Virus record (IMG/VR): IMGVR_UViG_3300031159_000070
Span: 73,048-137,047 of that record
Length of the DNA stretch: 64,000 bases
Reading direction: 5' to 3' (one strand)
Source: a virus
Within the stretch, counting starts at the first letter, position 1, and every line of letters starts with the position of its first letter. Below the pieces are notes generated by a model. The model was not told the origin of the DNA, made no database searches, and saw nothing but the letters and a program-made list of their open reading frames with translations. The translations under genes and the position numbers were made by a program. Shown here piece after piece: positions 27,802 to 35,564 of this stretch.

Positions 27802-28188
27802 ATGATTGATCGTCGCTCGTTTCTCACTGCAGGCGCTGCGCTTCTGCCGGCCTCCTGGCTCACTCCTGCACGTGGCGCTGAGACGCTCGCCGGCGAGCCG
27901 ATCATCGGCACATATGCCATCACCCTGCCGCGCGACGGCGTTTACCGGGTGATGGCGGACGGCATCTGGGCCAAAGATCCGACAGAGCTGTCGATGTTTC
28001 TGACGCGCGGCTCTGACATCAGCATGATCGCGGCTGCGGTTCGCGCGCCGCGGCCGGGCGAGGGCGGCGAGCTGGTGCTGGCGACGCGCATCGATGCCAA
28101 GGCACACGATCGCATCTCGATCGAGGTCTCGAGCGATACCAACTCGATGCCGCGGCTTGCCGCGATGCCTCTCATCTTCTACGCGTAA
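27802..28188 (+). CDS. Tat-exported small protein
   Basis: MIDRRSFLTAGAALL..ARGA twin-arginine signal. Confidence 0.65.
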   Translation: MIDRRSFLTAGAALLPASWLTPARGAETLAGEPIIGTYAITLPRDGVYRVMADGIWAKDPTELSMFLTRGSDISMIAAAVRAPRPGEGGELVLATRIDAKAHDRISIEVSSDTNSMPRLAAMPLIFYA

Positions 28189-28204
28189 ATCTGTCTAGCG
28201 TCAC

Positions 28205-28254
28205 TTGACCTGAATCTGCGTCGGGCATAGCGTCACCTCTACAGGAGGTGGCGC
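28205..28254 (+). promoter_or_regulatory. Sigma70-like promoter overlapping an SD-sequestering hairpin
   Basis: TTGACC-N17-TAGCGT; gcgtcacctc/gaggtggcgc stem covers AGGAGG. Confidence 0.5.
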
Positions 28255-28554
28255 ATGAATGCTTTGGAGCAACATCTAAAGCCCGATCAGCTGTTGCGGC
28301 TGCGATGTCTCGAGCTGGCGCTCAACAACCGGCACGCGTTCTCCGATGGAGAGCGACGATCGTTCACGGAATGGGCTGATCTCTTCCAGCAGTTCGTCAT
28401 GACCGGCGTGCCCTTCACGGATAATCCGTGGATCACGGGGAACGTCACCCGCCAGCATGAAATCATGCAGAAGAACCCAGAGCTTGCCAGGAAGCTCATT
28501 GCCGAAGTGAGCGAGGCTCGCGGCGAAAACTCAGCACCAGCAACCCAGGAGTAG
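28255..28554 (+). CDS. Small protein with a scaffold-like C-terminal motif
   Basis: Strong SD; NPWITGNVTRQHEIMQKNPELARKL resembles the scaffold C-terminus. Confidence 0.7.
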   Translation: MNALEQHLKPDQLLRLRCLELALNNRHAFSDGERRSFTEWADLFQQFVMTGVPFTDNPWITGNVTRQHEIMQKNPELARKLIAEVSEARGENSAPATQE

Positions 28555-28558
28555 TGAC

Positions 28559-28783
28559 ATGCCTGTGCAGATTCGCATGGATCATACCGGTGACACCCGC
28601 TTTACGTTCGATGCTGCCGATGAGGCGGCTGTCGCCGAAGCCGAGGCCCGTTTCAAGGAGCTGACCGGAAAGGGCTTCCGCGCCGCAGCCTTGGGTGAGA
28701 GCGGTGAGCCTGGACGTCTGCTCAAGGAGTTCGATCCGACCGTCGAGCGCACGCTCTTCATTCCGGCTCTGCAGGGCGGCTAG
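28559..28783 (+). CDS. 74-aa protein ending in di-glycine (ubiquitin/ThiS-like C-terminus)
   Basis: SD AGGAG; ends TLFIPALQGG-stop. Confidence 0.7.
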   Translation: MPVQIRMDHTGDTRFTFDAADEAAVAEAEARFKELTGKGFRAAALGESGEPGRLLKEFDPTVERTLFIPALQGG

Positions 28784-28786
28784 TCC

Positions 28787-29432
28787 ATGTGGCCACCAGA
28801 GGGGATCAATGATCTCCAGTATCTGGAAAGGGAGATCGAGCGGGCCGCGACGCGATCTCCAGTACATGGGCATGCAGGTGGTCGTGGATGCTGCGGATCA
28901 GGCCGACAACACTGGCTTGATGGGCTTACGCATCGATCGGGCTCTTCTCGATCCTGTAGACAGCGATGTCGGGATCGGCCTCTGTGCTCCCAATTTCGAG
29001 GCGGAGCTGGCTGAACACGCGCGGCGTATCTCGCAGGCCGACGTCGTTATCGACCGCTACAATGATTTCGGGGGCGACAAGAAGGCCAGCGAGAAGTCCA
29101 TCAAGCTGCTCAAGGAAAACCTGACGCCCAAGCAGCTCGAAACCTATGAGAAACATCGCTGGTTCGAGGTGAAGGGCGGCGACACCGGCCGGACCTACCG
29201 CATCTATCACCGCCGGCAAATGAACGTCTCGGTGCGCAACTGGCGCGGCAAGCACAAACACGGGCTCTGCTTCCTGCCCACCGGCGGCCTCGCCATTGGA
29301 GATATCCTGCTCGGACAGAAGATCGCGCTCGAGCTCTACGAGCACGATGCCCTCAAGGTCGCCAACCGGTTCGATCATGACCCTGGCATTTGGGTCACGC
29401 CCTTCGAAACTTCTTTCGAAGAAGTGGTCTAG
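28787..29432 (+). CDS. Cys-containing partner protein (apparent frameshift near 28850; alternative start 28866)
   Basis: LLKENLTPKQLE..FEVKGGDTGRTYRI..N..GLCFLP.G.L..GDILLGQKIALE..E..ALKVANRF. Confidence 0.6.
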
Positions 29433-29489
29433 TGACGCTTGACGTCTCCGCTGGCTGACCTTACACGTGATTCTGCCACGAGCGAGCGG

Positions 29490-29564
29490 TGTGGGGTGGA
29501 GCAGTGGTAGCTCGCTGGTCTCATACGCCAGAGGTCGTCGGTTCGAATCCGACCCCCGCAACCA
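29490..29564 (+). tRNA. tRNA-Met (CAT), initiator-like body with an altered anticodon stem
   Basis: Cloverleaf TGTGGGG..CCCCGCA-A-CCA, D arm GAGC/GCTC, anticodon loop CTCATAC, GTTCGAATC T-loop; TTGACG-N17-TACACG upstream. Confidence 0.9.
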
Positions 29565-29657
29565 ATCGATCCCATCCGAGATAAAAGCCGCCGGGGATGG
29601 GAAAAAGGAAGTGGTGACAGCGCGCATCTCGCGCCAACACACGGAGGCTTGCCATTC

Positions 29658-30092
29658 ATGTTCAAGAGCGCAGCATACCCCGATACTCCGCTCGATCACT
29701 CCAAATCGCGCGATTTCATGCGCACCAACCTCGGCCTTTCGCCAGTACAGGATTCGCTCGAACTGAATGGCGAGGCGGCAACCGACGTCACGCTCGAAGC
29801 CTATCAGACGACGCTCGTCTCGGCAGACGCTGGCGCCCAATACAATCTGCCGGATGGCGAATACGTTGGCCAGCGCAAGCTGCTGAAGGCCGATGTCTCC
29901 GACGCAGGAACATGCGTCGCTTCCGACGCGGCCAAGGCGAAATTGATCGTCAATGGACTCCATGGCCAATCGGCAGCGAACGTCACTGCGCTCACCTTCG
30001 ATGCCGATGGCGAACTCGCTCTCCTCGAGTGGACAGGCGCGAAATGGAATGTCGTCTACGCAACCGCTACGGTCACGGATGATTCGGTATAG
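29658..30092 (+). CDS. Beta-rich virion (head decoration/fibre-like) protein
   Basis: SD GGAGG; YNLPDG..GQRK..LTFDADGELALLEWTGAKWNVV pattern. Confidence 0.55.
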   Translation: MFKSAAYPDTPLDHSKSRDFMRTNLGLSPVQDSLELNGEAATDVTLEAYQTTLVSADAGAQYNLPDGEYVGQRKLLKADVSDAGTCVASDAAKAKLIVNGLHGQSAANVTALTFDADGELALLEWTGAKWNVVYATATVTDDSV

Positions 30093-30112
30093 CGCGCGGC
30101 AAGACCAATTTG

Positions 30113-30145
30113 AACGGGCACCTTCGGGTGCCCGTTGTATTTTGA
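30113..30145 (+). terminator. Intrinsic terminator
   Basis: aacgggcacc-ttcg-ggtgcccgtt followed by a T-rich tail. Confidence 0.75.
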
Positions 30146-30269
30146 TTGCAAATCAGCAACACCTTTGCACCTTTCAGAAAAAAATCTTGACAGGCGCATT
30201 TTTGCTGGTTGACGCAAGAGCCAATTTGGTCTAGCACCACGATACCATCGGCTCATTGCGAGCGATGAG

Positions 30270-30338
30270 CTATGGGCCCTCCTTGGGCGTTGTTTCCTCC
30301 CTAGACTTGGGCCGTTCGGAAATCCGGACGGCCTTTTT
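30270..30338 (+). ncRNA. suhB/MmgR (alpha-r8)-like small RNA
   Basis: CTCCTTGGGCGTTGTTTCCTCCCTAGACTTGGGCCG core, then ggccgttcgg/ccggacggcc terminator and T run; TTGAC boxes upstream. Confidence 0.75.
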
Positions 30339-30466
30339 CGTTGGGGGATCGTTCAGTACGGCGAAGGCGGGGTGCCTGCGCTTTGCGATTGTCCTGAGAT
30401 GTGCTGCTCAATACGCCCACTCGATTTTGGAGTGCGGCAGGTCACGGCTTTCCGAAAAAGCAGCGC

Positions 30467-30703
30467 TCAGGGTCGTCGATCGATGCGGGACCATTTGGGC
30501 TCGTCGAGACCTCGCTCGACGCGCCGCATCTTCGTCTTTACCGCCGCAAACGAGCGGTGGTCTGAGGGTGAGCTCGGCGTAAAAACGATCGTCCTGTGCC
30601 GAGGATGCGTCAGCCTGTAATGCTGATTCTTGGTCTGCTCGATATCCCAGCCACGCTTCTTCGCGTAGCTCAATAGCTCGCGGCGGTAGTGTGCGGGGTT
30701 CAT
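30467..30703 (-). CDS. HicA-like (dsRBD-fold) toxin
   Basis: RELLSYAKKRGWDIEQTKNQHYRLTHP..IVFTPSSPSDHRS..KMRR. Confidence 0.65.
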   Translation of the reverse strand: MNPAHYRRELLSYAKKRGWDIEQTKNQHYRLTHPRHRTIVFTPSSPSDHRSFAAVKTKMRRVERGLDEPKWSRIDRRP

Positions 30704-30713
30704 GGGCGTCTCC

Positions 30714-31067
30714 TCAGGCGGCACGCTTGATGGAGACTTGCTGAAGCTGCCACTGCAGAATGATCTTTTCGCGCAGCCACGCTCGAAAAAGAGCTTCATG
30801 CAGCGGTTTCGAGTAGGACCAGTGTCCATTCACTCCCATCTGTCGCGCGCGGCTGCAGGCGACCTCGAGCTTTAGGATAAGTGCTCGCGTATTGTGGATC
30901 GCGGCCTTGGCATCGACCAGGAGATGCGCGGCTGGATCAACGAGCATATTCGGATCGTCAATGATCGGCGCCCATTTCGGAATGTCGCGACGATCATAAC
31001 TGCCGATCTTCGCACGTAAATCAGCACAGCTTTGTTGCCAGGATTTGACGTCCTGCAGCTCGATCAT
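30714..31067 (-). CDS. Hypothetical protein
   Basis: SD AAGGAG; GHWSYS..LHEALFRAWLRE. Confidence 0.6.
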   Translation of the reverse strand: MIELQDVKSWQQSCADLRAKIGSYDRRDIPKWAPIIDDPNMLVDPAAHLLVDAKAAIHNTRALILKLEVACSRARQMGVNGHWSYSKPLHEALFRAWLREKIILQWQLQQVSIKRAA

Positions 31068-31242
31068 GGTGGTCTCCTTGGGGCTCGCGTCCGGGTCGGG
31101 CAGGCGGTAGTCTCACGCCACTTGCCATCATGCGTCTAGTATAACTGGTCTTGATGCCGTCCAGCAAGGATCAGTCCAGCTCTCCACAGCTGGGTCAGTC
31201 GGGCGCCGTTCGCCTTCGTCCGTAATCGATCAGAGTGCCGGG

Positions 31243-31338
31243 CCGGCGCGATGCCGGGTCGGATCACCTCAACTGCCAGCTTGTCTGCCGGCGCGATGCC
31301 GGTCGAGAGCCGAGGCCAACCGCGGGCGCGATGCCTGC
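31243..31338 (+). promoter_or_regulatory. Three GCGAT-loop hairpins in the scaffold leader
   Basis: ccggc-GCGAT-gccgg twice and gcgggc-GCGAT-gcctgc, then GAGGA SD. Confidence 0.7.
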
Positions 31339-31351
31339 ATTGAGGATTGTG

Positions 31352-32224
31352 ATGTTCGACTTTCCACTGACCGTCAAATCAATCGACGAAGTTCCCGAAG
31401 AGTACCGCATCCTTTACGAGCTGAATGACGACGGCGAGGGCGCGACGCTCATCGCTAGTCTGAAGCAGCGCATAGAGGGTGTCGGTCCTGCCGGACAACG
31501 CGCTCTGCAGGAAGAGCGCAAGGCCCGGGCTGCTGCCGAAAAAGCCGCGAAGGCTTGGAAGGAGGCGGCCGGTGTCGAAACTCCGGAAGAGCTCACTGCC
31601 AAATTCGAGGAAATCGAATCCGAGTGGCAGCAGAAGCTCGAGGAAGCGCAGGCCACTAAAGGCGGCGACAAGGACGAAGATCTGAACAAGCGATTGCAGC
31701 AGGTCAGATCCGAAGTCGAGCGCGAGTGGAGCAAAAAGCTCGATCGGGAAATTGCCGAGCGCAAGAAGGCCGAGGAAGAGCGCGACCAGATGTTCAAAGA
31801 CATGCAAAGGAACATGCTGGAGCGCGAAGCCATGGAGGCCATCGCAGCGCACAAGGGCAAGCCTACGCTGCTCAGGCGCGAGGTTATGGCCCAGCTCAAA
31901 CTCGCCAAGACGGACGCCGGCTGGAAGGTCCGCGTCGTCGATGAAGATGGCGATGAGCGCTACGACGGCGATGGAAAGCCGATGACGGTCCACAACCTCG
32001 TGGCACTGATGCGCCAGTCCGATGACTACGCGGCTGCTTTTGAGGGCGATGGCGCCACTGGAAGCGGTTCACGGTCGCCGGCCGGCGGCACGAAGATCTC
32101 CTCAAAAACCAACCCCTGGTCCAAAGCGACGTTCAACGCAACGGAGCAGGCCAAAATCCTGAAGTCGAATCCTCAGCTCGCCAAGCAACTGCAGGCGCAG
32201 GCTGAGGCCGAGGCTCGCAGGTAA
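31352..32224 (+). CDS. Capsid scaffolding protein
   Basis: VKSIDEVPEEYRILY N-terminus, coiled coil, GSGS linker, NPW C-terminal helix; directly upstream of the capsid gene. Confidence 0.85.
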   Translation: MFDFPLTVKSIDEVPEEYRILYELNDDGEGATLIASLKQRIEGVGPAGQRALQEERKARAAAEKAAKAWKEAAGVETPEELTAKFEEIESEWQQKLEEAQATKGGDKDEDLNKRLQQVRSEVEREWSKKLDREIAERKKAEEERDQMFKDMQRNMLEREAMEAIAAHKGKPTLLRREVMAQLKLAKTDAGWKVRVVDEDGDERYDGDGKPMTVHNLVALMRQSDDYAAAFEGDGATGSGSRSPAGGTKISSKTNPWSKATFNATEQAKILKSNPQLAKQLQAQAEAEARR

Positions 32225-32343
32225 GGCCACAGCTCACTTCCGAAGTTTCAAGACCCCGTCTCTCGTGAGAGTGGCGGGGTCTCGTCGTTTCGGGAGCCGC
32301 GTCGGCGCGCTGAGGGCCACCAGCGAAAGAGGGCACCCCAGAA

Positions 32344-33309
32344 ATGACTGAGACTCGCCTTGCAGACGTTATCGTTCCCGAGCATTTCAATCAGTATTCG
32401 ATGCAACTTACCACCGAGTTGTCTCGATTCCGGCGCTCTGGGCTTGTGGTCGACTTCTCCGCGGAGCTTGGCTCCCAGATGGGCGGCACGACCGTCAACA
32501 TGCCGTACTTCAACGATCTGGAGGGTGACGACGACGTCGTCGACGACACCCAGGATCTCGAGCTCAACAAGATCACGACCGGGCAGGATGTTGCGGTCAA
32601 GCTGTACCGCGCCAAGGCTTTCGGTGCAACCGACCTGTCCGGCGATCTCGCCGGCGCCGATCCTGTCAAGGCGATCGCCACGCGCTTTGCCGAGTGGTGG
32701 ATCCGCAAGGAGCAGGAGGTTCTGATCTCGGTCTGTCAGGGCGCGCTCGGTTCGGCGCTGATGACCGATAACGTCCTCGATATTTCAAACCTCGAGGGCG
32801 CTGCCGCAAACTTCGATCCCTACAGCTTCATCGATGCGCAGGCGCGTCTCGGTGACCACCAGGATCTTCTGTCTGGCATTGCCTGCCACAGCAAGACCTA
32901 CACGGCCATGAAGAAGGCTGATCTCATCGAGGAGATCCGGCCGTCGGATGGCGGTGATCCCATTCCGACCTACATGGGCAAGGTCCTGATCGTCGATGAC
33001 AAGATGCCTTATTCTGAGGGCGTCTATACGACCTTCATCTTCGGCCAGGGCGCCATCGGCTACGTCTCCGCAAGCCCGAAGGTTCCCGTCGAGGTCGGTC
33101 GCGAGCCTCTGAAGGGCGGTGGCCAGGACTATATCGTCCAGCGCCGCTTCTTCGTCATGCACCCGCGCGGCGTGCGCTGGTCTCCGCAGCCTGGCGTCCC
33201 GGCGAGAGCGACGCCCACCAACGCCGAGCTGGCCAATACGGCCAACTGGCAGCGCTGCTATGACCCGAAGAACATCCGGATCGTGATGTTCAAGCACAAG
33301 GTCGGCTAA
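32344..33309 (+). CDS. Major capsid protein
   Basis: TRLADVIVPEHF..GGTTVNMPYFNDL..AGADP..IPTYMGKVLIVDD..MHPRG..PTNAELA..NW.R.YDPKNI. Confidence 0.92.
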   Translation: MTETRLADVIVPEHFNQYSMQLTTELSRFRRSGLVVDFSAELGSQMGGTTVNMPYFNDLEGDDDVVDDTQDLELNKITTGQDVAVKLYRAKAFGATDLSGDLAGADPVKAIATRFAEWWIRKEQEVLISVCQGALGSALMTDNVLDISNLEGAAANFDPYSFIDAQARLGDHQDLLSGIACHSKTYTAMKKADLIEEIRPSDGGDPIPTYMGKVLIVDDKMPYSEGVYTTFIFGQGAIGYVSASPKVPVEVGREPLKGGGQDYIVQRRFFVMHPRGVRWSPQPGVPARATPTNAELANTANWQRCYDPKNIRIVMFKHKVG

Positions 33310-33330
33310 GGCTGATCACCCGCGCACTTA

Positions 33331-33371
33331 CAAGCGGAAAGGCCGATCGGGATTGCCGGCCTTTCCGCTTG
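33331..33371. terminator. Strong hairpin after the capsid gene
   Basis: caagcggaaaggcc...ggcctttccgcttg inverted repeat; weak U tail. Confidence 0.5.
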
Positions 33372-33405
33372 CTCCTCCATAACGACAGCAAAGCCGAGCC
33401 TCCCC

Positions 33406-34035
33406 GTGGAATATGATCAACTTTCTGAGCTGATGGAGCGGCGTGCCCGCAAGCGGGCCAAGCGCCGCCGTGCTCAAATGCGCGCGGCCCAGGCGGCCGT
33501 ATTGCGCGTGCGTGCCGTTTACGTCAATGCCTGCGACAACGGCTGGAAAAGCGATGAAGCCCTGGCTCTGCAGCGCGCTTTTGTCGACGCCATGCAGATT
33601 GGCGATGAAGTGCATGCCGCGGCCATCGAACATCTGAGCCATCTGACCCCAGCCGAAGCCAACGCCGCCATCGACAAATACGAAGCGATCGTTGCAGCCC
33701 AGCATGCTGCCGAGCAGCAGGCCGATCCCGTTGTTGAGACCGCACCCTCTGCGGAAGAAATCGCAGAGCCGGAACCGAAGCATCCTGTTTCCCCAGAACC
33801 GGAGCCGGAAGCCCAGCCCGTTGCTACGGGTGCAGCGTTTGACGATGACGACGATCCATTCACCGATTGGGTCGACAATCCCGAAGCGAACGCAATAGCC
33901 GAGACGGCGCTGGAGCCTGTCGTTGAAAGCCCGCCGGTAGAATCCACGACAGAAATCGAGACCGTGGCGAGTCCTGTCTCTGAGCCTGCGCCGGCGGTCG
34001 AGAAGCCGAGGCGTAGACGTCGCTCGCGCAATTGA
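33406..34035 (+). CDS. Hypothetical protein (acidic/Pro-rich C-terminus)
   Basis: Position after the capsid gene; overlaps the next gene. Confidence 0.6.
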   Translation: MEYDQLSELMERRARKRAKRRRAQMRAAQAAVLRVRAVYVNACDNGWKSDEALALQRAFVDAMQIGDEVHAAAIEHLSHLTPAEANAAIDKYEAIVAAQHAAEQQADPVVETAPSAEEIAEPEPKHPVSPEPEPEAQPVATGAAFDDDDDPFTDWVDNPEANAIAETALEPVVESPPVESTTEIETVASPVSEPAPAVEKPRRRRRSRN

Positions 34036-34043
34036 GTCTCATC

Positions 34044-34481
34044 ATGGCCTACGCGACCCGGGAAGACATCGAAAGCCTTTACGGCCCTCAGCTCGTTTCC
34101 ATCATCGCTGATCTCACCGAAGACGGTCAGCCCGAGGATGTCGCGGTCGAGCGAGCCCTCAACGAAGCCTCTTCCGAGATTGATACCTATCTCGCAGTCC
34201 AGTATCTGACGCCTATCAATCCTGCGCCGCCGATCCTCGTCCAGCTTTGCCGTGACATGGCGATCTATCGCCTGGCGCTGCAGTCGAGCGTGCGCACCAC
34301 GGAAATGCGCACGCGATACGAGGACGCCATCAAGATGCTCGAACGCATCGCGGCCGGCAAGGCAAGCCTGCCGCCCGTTGACGGCGATCTCAACAGAGAT
34401 GGCGAGGTCAACGAGGATGATGATGCGCTTGCTGAGGCGCTGAAGCGGCCTTACATCCTGCGCACCGTTCGCAATGGGTAA
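34044..34481 (+). CDS. Head-tail adaptor, Mu gp36 / DUF1320-like
   Basis: MAYATREDI..YG..ALNEASSEIDTYL..Y..P..L..LCRDMAIYRL..RYEDAIKMLERIAAGKASL. Confidence 0.9.
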   Translation: MAYATREDIESLYGPQLVSIIADLTEDGQPEDVAVERALNEASSEIDTYLAVQYLTPINPAPPILVQLCRDMAIYRLALQSSVRTTEMRTRYEDAIKMLERIAAGKASLPPVDGDLNRDGEVNEDDDALAEALKRPYILRTVRNG

Positions 34482-34490
34482 GGGCTGCAG

Positions 34491-34913
34491 ATGATTGTCG
34501 TCCACACTCATGGTTTTGATCGGGCTGTTCTGCAGATCAACGAGTTCGCGGAATTTGATCGCCGCGCTCTGCTTGCTGCTCTTGCAGAGACCGTGCGGAA
34601 GCAGACGATCCGTCGTTTTGCGACGAAGACAGCCCCGGGCGGCGGCAAGTGGGCCCCATTGAAGCCGTCATCCGTGCGCGGCCGGCGCACGCCTCGCGAC
34701 ATTCTGGTCGATACCGGGCGGCTCAGGAACTCGATCGCATCGAAGGTGTACGGCCACACCGCCGAGATCGGCACCAATGTCTTCTACGGCAAGTTCCACC
34801 AGTTCGGGACAAAGAAGATGGTGGCGCGGCCGTTCTTAGGAATTGACTCATCGGATGTCGCGGAGCTTCGGCGCGTGGCTGAAGCTTTCATCCGTGCTGC
34901 CACGGTCGCGTGA
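34491..34913 (+). CDS. Phage virion morphogenesis protein (Mu gpG / P2 gpS-like)
   Basis: RRFATKTAPGG.KWAPL..ILVDTGRLRNSI..GTN..YG..HQFG..ARPFLGI. Confidence 0.9.
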   Translation: MIVVHTHGFDRAVLQINEFAEFDRRALLAALAETVRKQTIRRFATKTAPGGGKWAPLKPSSVRGRRTPRDILVDTGRLRNSIASKVYGHTAEIGTNVFYGKFHQFGTKKMVARPFLGIDSSDVAELRRVAEAFIRAATVA

Positions 34914-34922
34914 GGTCGCGCG

Positions 34923-35522
34923 ATGTCGTTTCGCCAATATCGCGACGCTGTCATCGACGACATCCGCAAGGAGCTGGTGATCAATGTGAGCGAAGGTCTG
35001 ACGGACAGGCCGTTTCTGCAAGTCGCTGCAGCGCCGCGCGTCGTTGACGAAGACTGGCTCGAGCACGTGATCCGCAAGGTGCCGTCCGTTCACGTTGCCT
35101 TTATCGGGAGTGGGCGGCGTCTGGAACGCCTTGCCAACGGACAGCTCAGAGGCCCCTGGTCAATGGTGGCGCATGTTGTCGTCGGCACCAGACCGAAGGT
35201 CCCGGCAGAAACTCTGCTTCTCGACAAGCTCTACGAGTTCGCCATGTGGATCGAAGGCCGCACGTTCGGCTATCCGCTGGCGGCGCCGGCACAGGTCGTT
35301 GAGATCGAGAACCTGTGGAACCTGCAGGTTGACAAGGAAGGTTTTGCCATTGGCAGCGTCTCCTGGCAGCAGATGGTGACCTTCGGGCGGGACCTTGCGG
35401 CAGAGGCGTTTGCAGAAGGCGGGCCGGATTTTCCGGTGACCGCGCCGGCTGGTGGCCTGCCCTCAATGCGTGAGCTGTTTGTCCATCCCGACGGGTCCAG
35501 AGCCTGGCCCGAAGAAGATTAA
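34923..35522 (+). CDS. Tail completion/terminator-like protein
   Basis: Position in the neck module; ENLW..SWQQ. Confidence 0.55.
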   Translation: MSFRQYRDAVIDDIRKELVINVSEGLTDRPFLQVAAAPRVVDEDWLEHVIRKVPSVHVAFIGSGRRLERLANGQLRGPWSMVAHVVVGTRPKVPAETLLLDKLYEFAMWIEGRTFGYPLAAPAQVVEIENLWNLQVDKEGFAIGSVSWQQMVTFGRDLAAEAFAEGGPDFPVTAPAGGLPSMRELFVHPDGSRAWPEED

Positions 35523-35564
35523 GCCGCTTCGCTTTCATCCCTCTCGCCCCTGGAGATTGCACTG

